A stretch of DNA of 64,000 nucleotides from Nitrososphaeria archaeon (GTDB taxonomy: Archaea; Thermoproteota; Nitrososphaeria; Nitrososphaerales; JAAOZN01), in assembly GCA_029775855.1 (NCBI GenBank), contig JARVJZ010000002.1, positions 192,001-256,000 of the forward strand. Direction: 5' to 3'. Made by a program: the position numbers and the translations under genes. Below are positions 8,781 to 17,840 of the stretch, piece after piece; position 1 is the first letter of the stretch; each line of letters opens with the position of its first letter. The notes below the pieces were generated by a model. It worked only from the letters and a program-made list of their open reading frames with translations, had not been told where the DNA came from and did no database searches.

Positions 8781-9044
8781 TCACTTATCTTGCACATCCT
8801 TTTTCTCTGGAATGCCGAGGCTTAGGCAGATTAGGCTCCTTACTTCGTCTTCGCTTAAACCCGTCTGTTGGCTTATCACTTTAACGATTATCTTGGCGGC
8901 AGCGTCTTCTAGCCTCTTGACTCGCGCATGTAGCATTTTAAGTTCTTCGTTCATCTCTCTTAATCTAATTTCTACTAAATCCCTGAGTGTTAGTAGTTCT
9001 CCGTTTATTCTCCTTAACTCTTCTTCTAACGCTTCTGGATACAT
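8781..9044 (-). CDS. Small coiled-coil hypothetical protein
   Basis: Heptad-like LEEELRRINGELLTLRDL...MNEELKML; ATG start; fills the gap between genes. Confidence 0.55.
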   Translation of the reverse strand: MYPEALEEELRRINGELLTLRDLVEIRLREMNEELKMLHARVKRLEDAAAKIIVKVISQQTGLSEDEVRSLICLSLGIPEKKDVQDK

Positions 9045-9077
9045 AAGAGTAGTTATGTGATGAGGTTAAAGAAAAGA

Positions 9078-10118
9078 TTAGCGGTCTGTAAAGTATGGTT
9101 TTATTCTCTTACAGAGCGCCTCAGGCGCCTCAAAGACTTCGCTAGAGTTTAACATAAAGGGCAAGCTCCAAACATCATTCAGATAGAGGGGTTTAAGACC
9201 GGGTCTGGAAGCTATCTCCAAACCGCACCAAAAGTGGTTTGAATCTTCTTGGGCTGAATATAGGCAAGCGTTGAAGGCTCCTATACCTTCGCTGCTATAG
9301 AATTTTAGCGTATTTTCCAATCCTTTCGCTATATGTTGAGTGTCTTCTTCACTTAGATCGCTTATACTTGATTTCCAAGATACAGTTGCTCTAACTTCGT
9401 TCTGCCTGAGAGGTGCATAGGGTAGATACCATTCGACCGAGCCTAGTTTGGCGAGGTATCTTTCGCCAAGATTCTTCTCAATCTCTGTAAGTGTTTGCCA
9501 GAAGCATTTACCTTGCTCCTCAAAGTATCTTCTGCTGCTTGAGATCAGCAGTTTTAGGCGGTTGAAAGGTGTGGTTGAAGCTAAGAGCTGCGCATGCGGA
9601 TGGGCTACTGAGGAGCCAGCGGTCGGAAGGTAGTTAATTACGAAGGCGGAATATTTTACATCTGGATTAACCTTAGATATCTTTTGAAGCATTATCTTTG
9701 CAGCAGATATGGCTTGGCTTAGAATGGAGCTGTTAAACTCACCTAATTTAAGGTCGTGCTTCTTACCTAAAACAATCACAGCATTATACTCAGCGTGAGC
9801 AAATAGGCTTGGGAAAGCGGCTACATCACCTAACCTAAGCAAACCTTCTTCAACAACATCCGCCGGAAAGCGAGCAGCACGAGCTTCTAAATTTTCTTCA
9901 CAGAAGGGGCAGCCTACTTTACTTTCCTCAAAGAAGCGGTTTAATGTATTATCGTCACCGAGAAAGAACTTTTTCACATACTCTGCTCTACCAGGTGTGA
10001 TTAGGGTTGATTCTTCTGTTAGCGGGTCGAATCTGTATTCTATGTGCTGCTCTTCTAGTTCGAAGTTCTTCAAGGGGTTATGTAGCCTAGCTTTTTTAGT
10101 AAATGATTTGAAGCGCAT
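9078..10118 (-). CDS. Galactose-1-phosphate uridylyltransferase-like protein (GalT/HIT)
   Basis: EYRFDPLT, CPFC, AGSSVAHPHAQ (HxHxQ). Confidence 0.82.
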   Translation of the reverse strand: MRFKSFTKKARLHNPLKNFELEEQHIEYRFDPLTEESTLITPGRAEYVKKFFLGDDNTLNRFFEESKVGCPFCEENLEARAARFPADVVEEGLLRLGDVAAFPSLFAHAEYNAVIVLGKKHDLKLGEFNSSILSQAISAAKIMLQKISKVNPDVKYSAFVINYLPTAGSSVAHPHAQLLASTTPFNRLKLLISSSRRYFEEQGKCFWQTLTEIEKNLGERYLAKLGSVEWYLPYAPLRQNEVRATVSWKSSISDLSEEDTQHIAKGLENTLKFYSSEGIGAFNACLYSAQEDSNHFWCGLEIASRPGLKPLYLNDVWSLPFMLNSSEVFEAPEALCKRIKPYFTDR

Positions 10119-10206
10119 CGTTTAAACTTCTTCTTACTTCTGCTTTAAGTATTCTGCTCAACAGTAAGTTTAATTCTCTTAGGGCATATGATGGGGTGAT
10201 AATAGG

Positions 10207-11094
10207 TTGGTTTTAGAGACCTTCCTTGGCTCCGCGCTCGCCCTTTTAACAGCCTTCGGCTGGGCGCTTACTTCTGTTCTTCTAAGGCGGGTTAGAGGTG
10301 TCGTTATGCCCTTTCAAAGCGCATTTATTTCATCAATTATAGGGGTTGTTGTCATTTTAACCTCATCTATGGTGTTAGGTGACGCGCAAAATCTGCTCAG
10401 TATTACACCTACAGCAGCCTCATACTGCGTTGCAGCGGGTCTAGCAAACTTCGCCTTAGGTAGGTTCCTCTGGTATAGCGGGATAAACATGATCGGAGCG
10501 TCGCGTTCAAACTCTATTGTCGCATTAGAGATCTTGTTCGCACCACTCTTGGCTGTTCTGCTTCTTAAAGAAGTAGCTGAAGTAGCTATCGCAGCAGCCA
10601 TATTAGTCATTTTGGTGGGTGTGCTTTTGATCTCTAAAAGCTACAGCTCTTCTGACACATTTGTGGGGCGCCGAGAATTTTACATCGGTATTTTGATTTC
10701 TTTAGGCGCTGCGGTAGTCTTCTCCTTTGGCGCTCTTTTAACTAAGTTAGCCGTAGTTTCTGTTGGTTCACCTCTTATAGCATTTGTTGTTGGCAGCTTG
10801 GCTTCGAGTGTCGTTTTAGCGCCTGCGGTAAAGGGGCTTGGTGCTGGCTATGGGCGGAGAGACTGGTTTATTCTTATCTCGGCTGGATTCTCGCACGCGG
10901 TTGCTGGTTTAGCGTATTGGAGTGCATTAAAGTTTGCGACAGTAGTTTTAGTTACGCCTTTGACTCAAGCATATCCACTTTTCACCCTACTCCTCTCATA
11001 CCTCTACATAAAAAGACTTGAGAATCTTAACCTACGGGTGGTCTTAGGCGCAACACTCGTAACAATAGGCGTAGTAGCAGCGACTTTAAGTTAA
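10207..11094 (+). CDS. DMT/EamA family transporter
   Basis: About 10 TM segments in two repeats; GI.MIGASRS, L.LKE, YPLFTLLLS..Y.KRLE. Confidence 0.88.
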   Translation: MVLETFLGSALALLTAFGWALTSVLLRRVRGVVMPFQSAFISSIIGVVVILTSSMVLGDAQNLLSITPTAASYCVAAGLANFALGRFLWYSGINMIGASRSNSIVALEILFAPLLAVLLLKEVAEVAIAAAILVILVGVLLISKSYSSSDTFVGRREFYIGILISLGAAVVFSFGALLTKLAVVSVGSPLIAFVVGSLASSVVLAPAVKGLGAGYGRRDWFILISAGFSHAVAGLAYWSALKFATVVLVTPLTQAYPLFTLLLSYLYIKRLENLNLRVVLGATLVTIGVVAATLS

Positions 11095-11125
11095 AAAGAG
11101 CAAGCAGACTAATAATATTTGTAAG

Positions 11126-12109
11126 ATGACTGGTAGAATAGAGCACACATATACTCTTAAAGCTCCAAATAAAGGAGTGTTCGAAGCGCACATAGACCCG
11201 CAGACTCTAGCCGAAGCGCTCTCACCCTACAACTTTAAGATGTTAAGAGCTTCTGAAATTGTATTTGGTGCCAAGCTGCATATCCAGACAACTTTACTTG
11301 GGCAGAAGTTTGAGTGGTTAATTGAAGTAGATGAAGCGCATGAGAATGTTCTCTCATACAAAGTTAACGCTACTGAAGGGTCTTGGCTTAAACTCCGCAT
11401 CACTGAAAGATTTCAACCTAAGATCGACGGAGTTGAAGTTAGATATTTAGTTGAATATGAGGCACCTCTAATGTTCACCCCTATCATAAAAAAGATGTTA
11501 ACACATATGCTCCAAGCAAAGGAAGACGCTGTTAAAAGGAGATTTAATCAGCTTACTGAAGTTAAGGAGAGGAAGCCTCTCACCTATCCACTCCACCTCT
11601 TTAACACGCTACAAATCATCGGTTTAATATTAGCAAGTGGGTTATTGATTACAGCCTCATCTTTAACCCCGCCACTAAGCTATATACTGGCATTGCTCTC
11701 TTGGATACTCTACTGGTTCACTCCACATGGCTTAGCCCACTACCTTGTGGGTAAAGTGTTAGGTATACGGTTTTCACATTATTTCATAGGGTTATCCAAC
11801 CTCTACAGACTAAAATTTATTCCTACACAGCTCAAGTTGATGCTCTTCACCTTAGGTATAAAGACGGAGAGCAAAAGCCTTTCAGCAGCTTCGCCTCGTG
11901 CAAAGGCTACTATGTATGCTGCTGGTGCTGTTGCGTCTATGGCTCTGCCCTTTACTACACCCATTTACTTACTCTATGTAGGCTTGTTTAACGAAGGAGT
12001 TCTTTTCCTCACCCTTTCTATTTTGAGTGCAGTCTTTTCAATCTACTTCAGCTTTAGAGCTGGAGACCTATGGAAGGCTACTCGCGCTCTAAGAAAAGGA
12101 GCGCTTTAA
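11126..12109 (+). CDS. SRPBCC-like domain fused to an M50-like membrane domain
   Basis: N-terminal ~140 aa soluble alpha/beta with a C-terminal helix (SRPBCC pattern); C-terminal TM region with HGLAHYLVG and YAAG. Confidence 0.5.
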   Translation: MTGRIEHTYTLKAPNKGVFEAHIDPQTLAEALSPYNFKMLRASEIVFGAKLHIQTTLLGQKFEWLIEVDEAHENVLSYKVNATEGSWLKLRITERFQPKIDGVEVRYLVEYEAPLMFTPIIKKMLTHMLQAKEDAVKRRFNQLTEVKERKPLTYPLHLFNTLQIIGLILASGLLITASSLTPPLSYILALLSWILYWFTPHGLAHYLVGKVLGIRFSHYFIGLSNLYRLKFIPTQLKLMLFTLGIKTESKSLSAASPRAKATMYAAGAVASMALPFTTPIYLLYVGLFNEGVLFLTLSILSAVFSIYFSFRAGDLWKATRALRKGAL

Positions 12110-12276
12110 AGTGCTTTGAAGATCTCTAAGGCGAAGTCGTGTATTGAGAGAATCGCCCCACAGTGCTTGCATCTAAACTTTCCATCTTTTGAATTTAAGA
12201 TTTCCTTAGTAGGTTTTAATTCAAACCCTGAATATAGGCTTGCGCCACATACACTACATACTATTTCAATAACCAA
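12106..12276 (-). CDS. Small zinc-ribbon protein (56 aa, below the ORF-track cutoff)
   Basis: TTG start: MVIEIVCSVCGASLYSGFELKPTKEILNSKDGKFRCKHCGAILS..., with two CxxCG knuckles. Confidence 0.75.
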   Translation of the reverse strand: MVIEIVCSVCGASLYSGFELKPTKEILNSKDGKFRCKHCGAILSIHDFALEIFKAL

Positions 12277-12314
12277 GTATAATCAGAGAAGTTGTTTCAT
12301 AAGTTAAATATAAA

Positions 12315-13094
12315 CTATTGTTTCACAGCTGATAACCCCCTAATGAATATACACCTACTATCCTCAATTACAAGATCCTCAAGATCAACGGGCTTGTCGA
12401 TTATAGTCAAGCCACTGTTTCTAACGATAACAATGGGTATGCTCTCACTGGTTTCACCCATCACCAAGCTAGCACCAGCACTTATGTCATCAGCAAGAGC
12501 CCGCTTTGTAACCCTCATAATGTTCCCAAAGAGGTCTGGTTTGCCTCTCTCATCACTAACAGCCTCAAAGCCCGCAGCCGCCAAGGCTATTCCTATAGTG
12601 CCGATTCTTGTAGGCATAAGCCTACTATCAGTAACCACAACCCCAACTCTCTTACCTAAATCTGTCAGAATCTGAAGGCGAAGCCTCTCAGCACTAGCAG
12701 CAGGGTTCCTTGGATAAAGTATGGCTAAGCCGCGCTTTACATTTGACCTATCTATGCCAGCATTAGGCACAACTACACCATATTTAATGGTTAAGACGAA
12801 CCCTGGTAGAGCTGCGTAGATTTTATCAGCTTCCCTTAAGATTAGTTCGGCTAAGCTGCTCGGTATGTGGGCTACACTAGAGAGTCTGATAGCCTCTTGA
12901 CTCACTTTAACCGAGTCGAGTTTAACTATTCTGCCTTCTGATAAGGCTATAAATTTACTTGAGATAGCCAATATATCGTTATCTAAAATATCTTCGCGTT
13001 GATCTTCTACAGCTTTCTTTATGGTTTCGTAGAGGTTGAAAACACCATCCATAGCAGGGGCTTTTATCGGTATGTATTCTACGCGCCTCAACAC
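12315..13094 (-). CDS. cofE: Coenzyme F420-0:L-glutamate ligase family protein
   Basis: AISSKF...EGR, PNAGIDRSN, VVVTDS...PTRIGT.G.A, D.RG.PDLFG, VMGE..E.IP. Confidence 0.85.
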   Translation of the reverse strand: MLRRVEYIPIKAPAMDGVFNLYETIKKAVEDQREDILDNDILAISSKFIALSEGRIVKLDSVKVSQEAIRLSSVAHIPSSLAELILREADKIYAALPGFVLTIKYGVVVPNAGIDRSNVKRGLAILYPRNPAASAERLRLQILTDLGKRVGVVVTDSRLMPTRIGTIGIALAAAGFEAVSDERGKPDLFGNIMRVTKRALADDISAGASLVMGETSESIPIVIVRNSGLTIIDKPVDLEDLVIEDSRCIFIRGLSAVKQ

Positions 13095-13126
13095 CGCTAG
13101 GAAAGCGTATAAGGTTATTTAACCAA

Positions 13127-14260
13127 ATGTCTAACGGTTTGAAGAAGACGCAACTATTTTCTTATCACATTGAACACGGTAAGATGGTTGATTTCGCCGG
13201 CTTCAACCTACCTTTATACTACAGCAGCATAGTAGATGAACACAACTCTGTAAGAGAGAAGGCAGGCATCTTTGACATCTCACATATGGGTAGGATAAAA
13301 GTAGTCGGTAAGGATGCCACATCAGTCTTGGATCACTTAGTTCCAAGCGATATAGCCAACCTAAAAGAAGGCAAAGCAAAGTATACAGTCCTATGCAACG
13401 AATCTGGGGGAATAGTTGATGACATTATCATCTTAAAGGTCACGGCTGAAGAATTTATCGTAGTCGTCAACGCCGTAAATAGGGAAAAAGACCTCACATG
13501 GATGCAAAAGCAAAGCCTAGGATTCGACGCCAAGATAGAGGACATCTCAGATAACACGGCACTCATATCTGTCCAAGGACCTATGTCTGCGGAGGTTGTG
13601 AGGAAGATAAGTGATTTAAATCTGGATGGGTTACAACGCTTCAACCATACTAAAGCTAAACTCTTATCTTACGAAGCCTTAATTTCGCGGACTGGCTACA
13701 CTGGTGAAGACGGCTTTGAGATCTTTTTACCCGATTGTAGCGTCGACGCTCCTGAAAGAGCTCTTCAAGTTTGGGGTAGGCTTATAGAGGAGGGTGCTAA
13801 ACCCTGCGGCTTGGGTGCAAGGGATACTCTAAGGCTTGAGGCTGGAATGTGCCTCTATGCTCAAGACATTGATGAGAGCACTACACCTTTGGAGGCGGCT
13901 CTATCTTGGTTGATTAAAGTTGATAAAAGAGGCTACATAGGATACGAATCTTTAGCCACGCAGATGCAAAAAGGTATACGCAGACTCAGGGTCTGCTTCA
14001 TCTTACAGGAAGGCATCGCCAGAAGGGGCTACAACATCTTCTCTGAGAGTAAAGAAAAGGTTGGCGTGGTTACAAGTGGAACCTATTCGCCTACACTAAG
14101 GAAAGGGGTTGGTATGGGTTATGTGGAGGTAGAATATGCTAAACCTGAGACCAAGTTGCTTATAGATGTCAGAGGTAAGCTGTGTTGCGCTGTGGTTAAG
14201 AAACCGCCGCTTTACGATACTACAAAATATGGATGGAGTAGACAACACCAACCCGTTTAA
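13127..14260 (+). CDS. gcvT: Glycine cleavage system aminomethyltransferase T
   Basis: EH..VRE.AG.FDISHMG, GGIVDD, SRTGYTGEDGFE, GLGARDTLRLEAG. Confidence 0.95.
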   Translation: MSNGLKKTQLFSYHIEHGKMVDFAGFNLPLYYSSIVDEHNSVREKAGIFDISHMGRIKVVGKDATSVLDHLVPSDIANLKEGKAKYTVLCNESGGIVDDIIILKVTAEEFIVVVNAVNREKDLTWMQKQSLGFDAKIEDISDNTALISVQGPMSAEVVRKISDLNLDGLQRFNHTKAKLLSYEALISRTGYTGEDGFEIFLPDCSVDAPERALQVWGRLIEEGAKPCGLGARDTLRLEAGMCLYAQDIDESTTPLEAALSWLIKVDKRGYIGYESLATQMQKGIRRLRVCFILQEGIARRGYNIFSESKEKVGVVTSGTYSPTLRKGVGMGYVEVEYAKPETKLLIDVRGKLCCAVVKKPPLYDTTKYGWSRQHQPV

Positions 14261-14276
14261 ATAGTATGTTGGTTTA

Positions 14277-15131
14277 TTGTGGTCAGATTTGGCGAGGGTT
14301 ATACTCTTCTCTTATACACCTGATTTAGAGAGGGTCTGCGCCGCTGCTATGCGCTCCTGCTACTCACCTCATCCAGCATACGCGATTTATACTAACACGC
14401 CAGACGCTGGCTCTATTTTAGAAGGTGAGAAAACTTTCTTTGACGATGAGAGGGTAAGATACTTCATAAGAAAAGCTAAGGAGATGGGGCATATGGATGT
14501 ATTAGAGCACGGCTCACTGACCTACGACCTTCAAGGTGTAAGCAGAACCTTAACACACCAATTAGTAAGACATAGGCTTGCATCTTTCTCTCAGCAGAGC
14601 CAAAGATATGTCAAGATCACAAGAAGTTTTGGCTATATCAAGCCTCCTAAGATAGGGGATGCAAAAGTAGAGGTGAATATACATAACATTAAGCTTAATC
14701 TAAGTTTTGAGGATATTGTTGATATAACGAGACAGGCTGAAGAAGGCTACCTTGCTCTGAAGCATAGCGCAGAAGATGCGAGATTCATAAGAATAGGCGG
14801 AGCATCAACTAACATAGTTATAACAGCCAACCCAAGAGAATATCTTCACATCTTCAGCCTAAGGTGCTCTAAGGATGCACAGTGGGAGATTCAAGATGCG
14901 TGCTACGCCATGTTAGCTTTGGCAAAGCTGCTAGCACCCACAATCTTCGAAACCTTACCTGAAAGCGGTCAAGACACATATATTAGAGAGAGGTTGGAGA
15001 AGATTGATAAGATCTTAGAGCCCATAAGAACTAAATTTAACGAAGCTAAGCGTGGCGAATTAATCGAAGTACCCTTAAACGAACTACCCTTACACCATCA
15101 AGTTGAAGCATATATTAGGAAGATCTGGTGA
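14277..15131 (+). CDS. thyX: FAD-dependent thymidylate synthase
   Basis: GH..VLEH and the ThyX signature HQLVRHRLASFSQQSQRY, plus LRC...AQWEI. Confidence 0.92.
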   Translation: MWSDLARVILFSYTPDLERVCAAAMRSCYSPHPAYAIYTNTPDAGSILEGEKTFFDDERVRYFIRKAKEMGHMDVLEHGSLTYDLQGVSRTLTHQLVRHRLASFSQQSQRYVKITRSFGYIKPPKIGDAKVEVNIHNIKLNLSFEDIVDITRQAEEGYLALKHSAEDARFIRIGGASTNIVITANPREYLHIFSLRCSKDAQWEIQDACYAMLALAKLLAPTIFETLPESGQDTYIRERLEKIDKILEPIRTKFNEAKRGELIEVPLNELPLHHQVEAYIRKIW

Positions 15132-17287
15132 ATGACATGAGCGTAAAACAGCCTCAGATTAGAAAGATAAACACGCTCTGTGGCATCTGTCCATCAGGCT
15201 GCAATGTAACTGTAATAGTCAAAGAGGGGAGAATCGAGCGAATACTGCCCGCTTCCGACAACACAACACCTTCTTCTATATGCGTTAGAGGTGCTGCGTC
15301 TAAAGAGATTGTATATTCACCTCAGAGGCTGCTGAAGCCGCTTAGAAGAGTTGGAAGGAAAGGCGAAAAAGCATTCGAACCAGTAGGATGGGATGAAGCG
15401 TTAAGCTCGATAGCTAAAAGACTGCTTGAAATACGTGAGAGATATGGTGCAGCCGCTGTAGCAATCTATGCTGGGCGTGGGGGATACTTTGAAGACGGTG
15501 TAAAGGATGTTTTCGCTGTTGAATGTAGTGGCGAGGTTTCAAGCAACCTACTCTACCCCTTCGGCTCACCTAACACAGCGAGCTGCAGCTCAGTATGCTA
15601 CATTTCACACGGCTACATAGCGCCCATGACAACCCTAGGGCTACATTTAGAGCAGCTCAAACCAGACCTAAGCAACACAAGCCTCCTAGTTATCTGGGGC
15701 GCAAACCCCCTAGCTTCAACACCGCCATCTACCTACCAGAAGATCTTAGCAGCCAAAAAGAAGGGCGTCAAAATAGTAGCTATAGACCCTAGGAGAAGCG
15801 GCGCAGCATCAATAGCAGACTACTGGATTCCTCTGAGACCTGGAACAGATGGAGCCTTGGCGTTAAGCATACTCAACACCCTTATATCAGAAGATTTGAT
15901 TGACGCTGAGTTTGCAGAGAACTGGTGCCGAGGCTACAGCGAGTTAAAAGAATATGCTAAAGGTTTCGAGCCCGAAGTTGTTGAAAAGATCACTTGGGTT
16001 CCAGCGTCAAAAATCGAGGAACTTGCTAAGCTTATAGGGAGGGAGAAGCCTTCAACACTCATACTCTCTACAGGCATTGAATACTCTAACTGTGGGGTTC
16101 AAACCGCAAGAGCCATCTACACAATAACCGCATTAACAGGAAACTTCGACGTAAAAGGTGGGTTAGTAGCTAAGATGCCTCCTCGACTAAAAAGAAACAG
16201 AATAATCTTGAAGCCACCTAGCCAAGTTAAACCTGTTGGTGCTGAAAGGTACCCTGTCTTCTACAAGTATAGTAGGTGTATGCAGGCTATGGAGCTACCT
16301 AAGGCGGTGCTGAAGGGTGAGCCCTACCCTGTCAAAGCGCTGATAGTGCACGGCGCATCCATGCTCACAAGTCTACCTGGCACCGAGCTTTGGAGAAGAG
16401 TGTTTGAAGAGCTTGAGTTTATGGTTGTGATAGATAGGTTTCTAACATCTGACTGCCTCTACGCAGACTACATACTCCCAGCTTCAACCTACTATGAGAT
16501 AGAGTCTTACAAAAGGGGCGAAAACAGAATTCAACTCAGAAGAAGGGTGATAGAGCCTTTAGGTGAAAGTAGAAGCGACTACAGCATATGCTATTCCTTA
16601 GCTGAAAGGCTTGGATACAACCACCTCTATCCACGTGAAGAAGAGTTGATCGACTTCGCCCTAAAAGATACTGGCGTAGATAAGGCCTCGCTTGAATCTG
16701 AACCTTTTGGTGTAGTGGTAGAGGGCATACCTATGAAGTATAAGAAGTATGAACTTGGGCTCTTAAGAAGAGATGGTAAGCAGGGGTTCGAAACTCCAAG
16801 CGGAAGATTTGAAATCGCTTCAACTGTCCTTGAAGAGAACGGCTACGACCCTCTACCAGTCTACATAGAGCCTAAAGAGGGGCCAATCTCAACACCGCAT
16901 ATATACAGAGATTACCCGCTTGTCTTCACCTGCGGCGCGAGGCTCCCTCATCTGTTCAGAAGCCAGCACCTCAACATACCATCACTACTTAGGCTTCAGC
17001 CTAAACCGCAGGTCATAATGCACGTTGAAGACGCTTCATCTAGAGGTATTGAGGATGGTGATGAGGTCTATGTAGCGACACCGAGAGGCAGAATAAAACT
17101 TTGGGCTAAGGTTACTGACGGCATACTTAAAGGGGTTGTAGAGGTGAATTCAGGTGGAGGAGGCTTAGACCAACCTGAGGCTTGGCGTAAAGCGAACGTA
17201 AATCTACTTACAGACCCAGACAACAGAGACCCCATCTCAGGCTTCCCCGTCTATAAAGCGCTGCTCTGCCAAGTGGAGAAGGCTTAG
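15128..17287 (+). CDS. Molybdopterin (bis-MGD) oxidoreductase catalytic subunit, DMSO-reductase superfamily
   Basis: CGICPSGC...C.RG Fe-S motif, WGANP, IDPR, RPGTDGAL, ADYILPA, TPSG.FE, C-terminal MGD-binding domain; no Tat signal. Confidence 0.9.
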   Translation: MNDMSVKQPQIRKINTLCGICPSGCNVTVIVKEGRIERILPASDNTTPSSICVRGAASKEIVYSPQRLLKPLRRVGRKGEKAFEPVGWDEALSSIAKRLLEIRERYGAAAVAIYAGRGGYFEDGVKDVFAVECSGEVSSNLLYPFGSPNTASCSSVCYISHGYIAPMTTLGLHLEQLKPDLSNTSLLVIWGANPLASTPPSTYQKILAAKKKGVKIVAIDPRRSGAASIADYWIPLRPGTDGALALSILNTLISEDLIDAEFAENWCRGYSELKEYAKGFEPEVVEKITWVPASKIEELAKLIGREKPSTLILSTGIEYSNCGVQTARAIYTITALTGNFDVKGGLVAKMPPRLKRNRIILKPPSQVKPVGAERYPVFYKYSRCMQAMELPKAVLKGEPYPVKALIVHGASMLTSLPGTELWRRVFEELEFMVVIDRFLTSDCLYADYILPASTYYEIESYKRGENRIQLRRRVIEPLGESRSDYSICYSLAERLGYNHLYPREEELIDFALKDTGVDKASLESEPFGVVVEGIPMKYKKYELGLLRRDGKQGFETPSGRFEIASTVLEENGYDPLPVYIEPKEGPISTPHIYRDYPLVFTCGARLPHLFRSQHLNIPSLLRLQPKPQVIMHVEDASSRGIEDGDEVYVATPRGRIKLWAKVTDGILKGVVEVNSGGGGLDQPEAWRKANVNLLTDPDNRDPISGFPVYKALLCQVEKA

Positions 17288-17408
17288 AGCGCCATAAAAG
17301 AGGCTGAACTAAAGTATCACCGTAATGCAAACAGCATACAATAAGAGAAATTTTTAGTAAACACTAATTTATATAGTGGTAGTTACATCAAAAATTTACC
17401 GACAAACT

Positions 17409-17762
17409 ATGGGGCATATAATAGTTAAGATAAAGATAGGCGACCCTGATAGGTCTAAGGTTTTAGAGGTTGAGGGCTTAGTTGATACCGGTGCAACCCT
17501 AACCGTAGTGCCTTACATAGTGGCGGAAGAGCTTGGGCTTAAGCCTACGGGGAGTAGTATCGTTGATAGTGGTGCTGGGAGACTTGAGTTAAAGCGCACG
17601 AGGATCTGGGTGGAAATAGAGGGTAAGAGTGAGGTAGTCCCTGCGCTAATCTCAGATGTGATAGGTAGAGTGCTGATAGGGGTCACTACACTAGAGGTTC
17701 TGGGACTTCAAGCAGACCCGCTGGCAGGAAGACTTAGAGAGTGGACTTTACTTCTCTACTAA
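17409..17762 (+). CDS. Clan AA aspartic protease (AF_0612-like)
   Basis: LVDTGATLTV...A.ELG, LIGVTTLE.LG...DP; ATG at 17409 preferred over GTG at 17376. Confidence 0.85.
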   Translation: MGHIIVKIKIGDPDRSKVLEVEGLVDTGATLTVVPYIVAEELGLKPTGSSIVDSGAGRLELKRTRIWVEIEGKSEVVPALISDVIGRVLIGVTTLEVLGLQADPLAGRLREWTLLLY

Positions 17763-17840
17763 CGTATATCACTCTTCAAATAGGCTGCCTTTAGATTCGT
17801 TTAAATCGTTGCTTGTTTGCCGCATTTGAGTTGCTAATTT

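Larger units (their letters stand above)
4595..9044. mobile_element. Head-only HK97-type capsid module (provirus-derived, possibly domesticated)
   Basis: Co-oriented portal-protease-cement-capsid-RHH operon plus a divergent RHH-like gene and a small coiled-coil ORF; flanked by amidohydrolase and GalT-like host genes; no terminase, tail or integrase in the window. Confidence 0.8.

Noticed and set aside
4555-9077. Complete provirus with att sites
   Set aside because: No integrase, terminase, tail or replication genes were found, and I saw no direct repeat or tRNA fragment at the boundaries.
15128-17287. Acetylene hydratase, formate dehydrogenase or nitrate reductase call
   Set aside because: It has Pro rather than the catalytic Asp after the second Fe-S Cys, and I could not see diagnostic FDH or Nap active-site motifs; left at family level.
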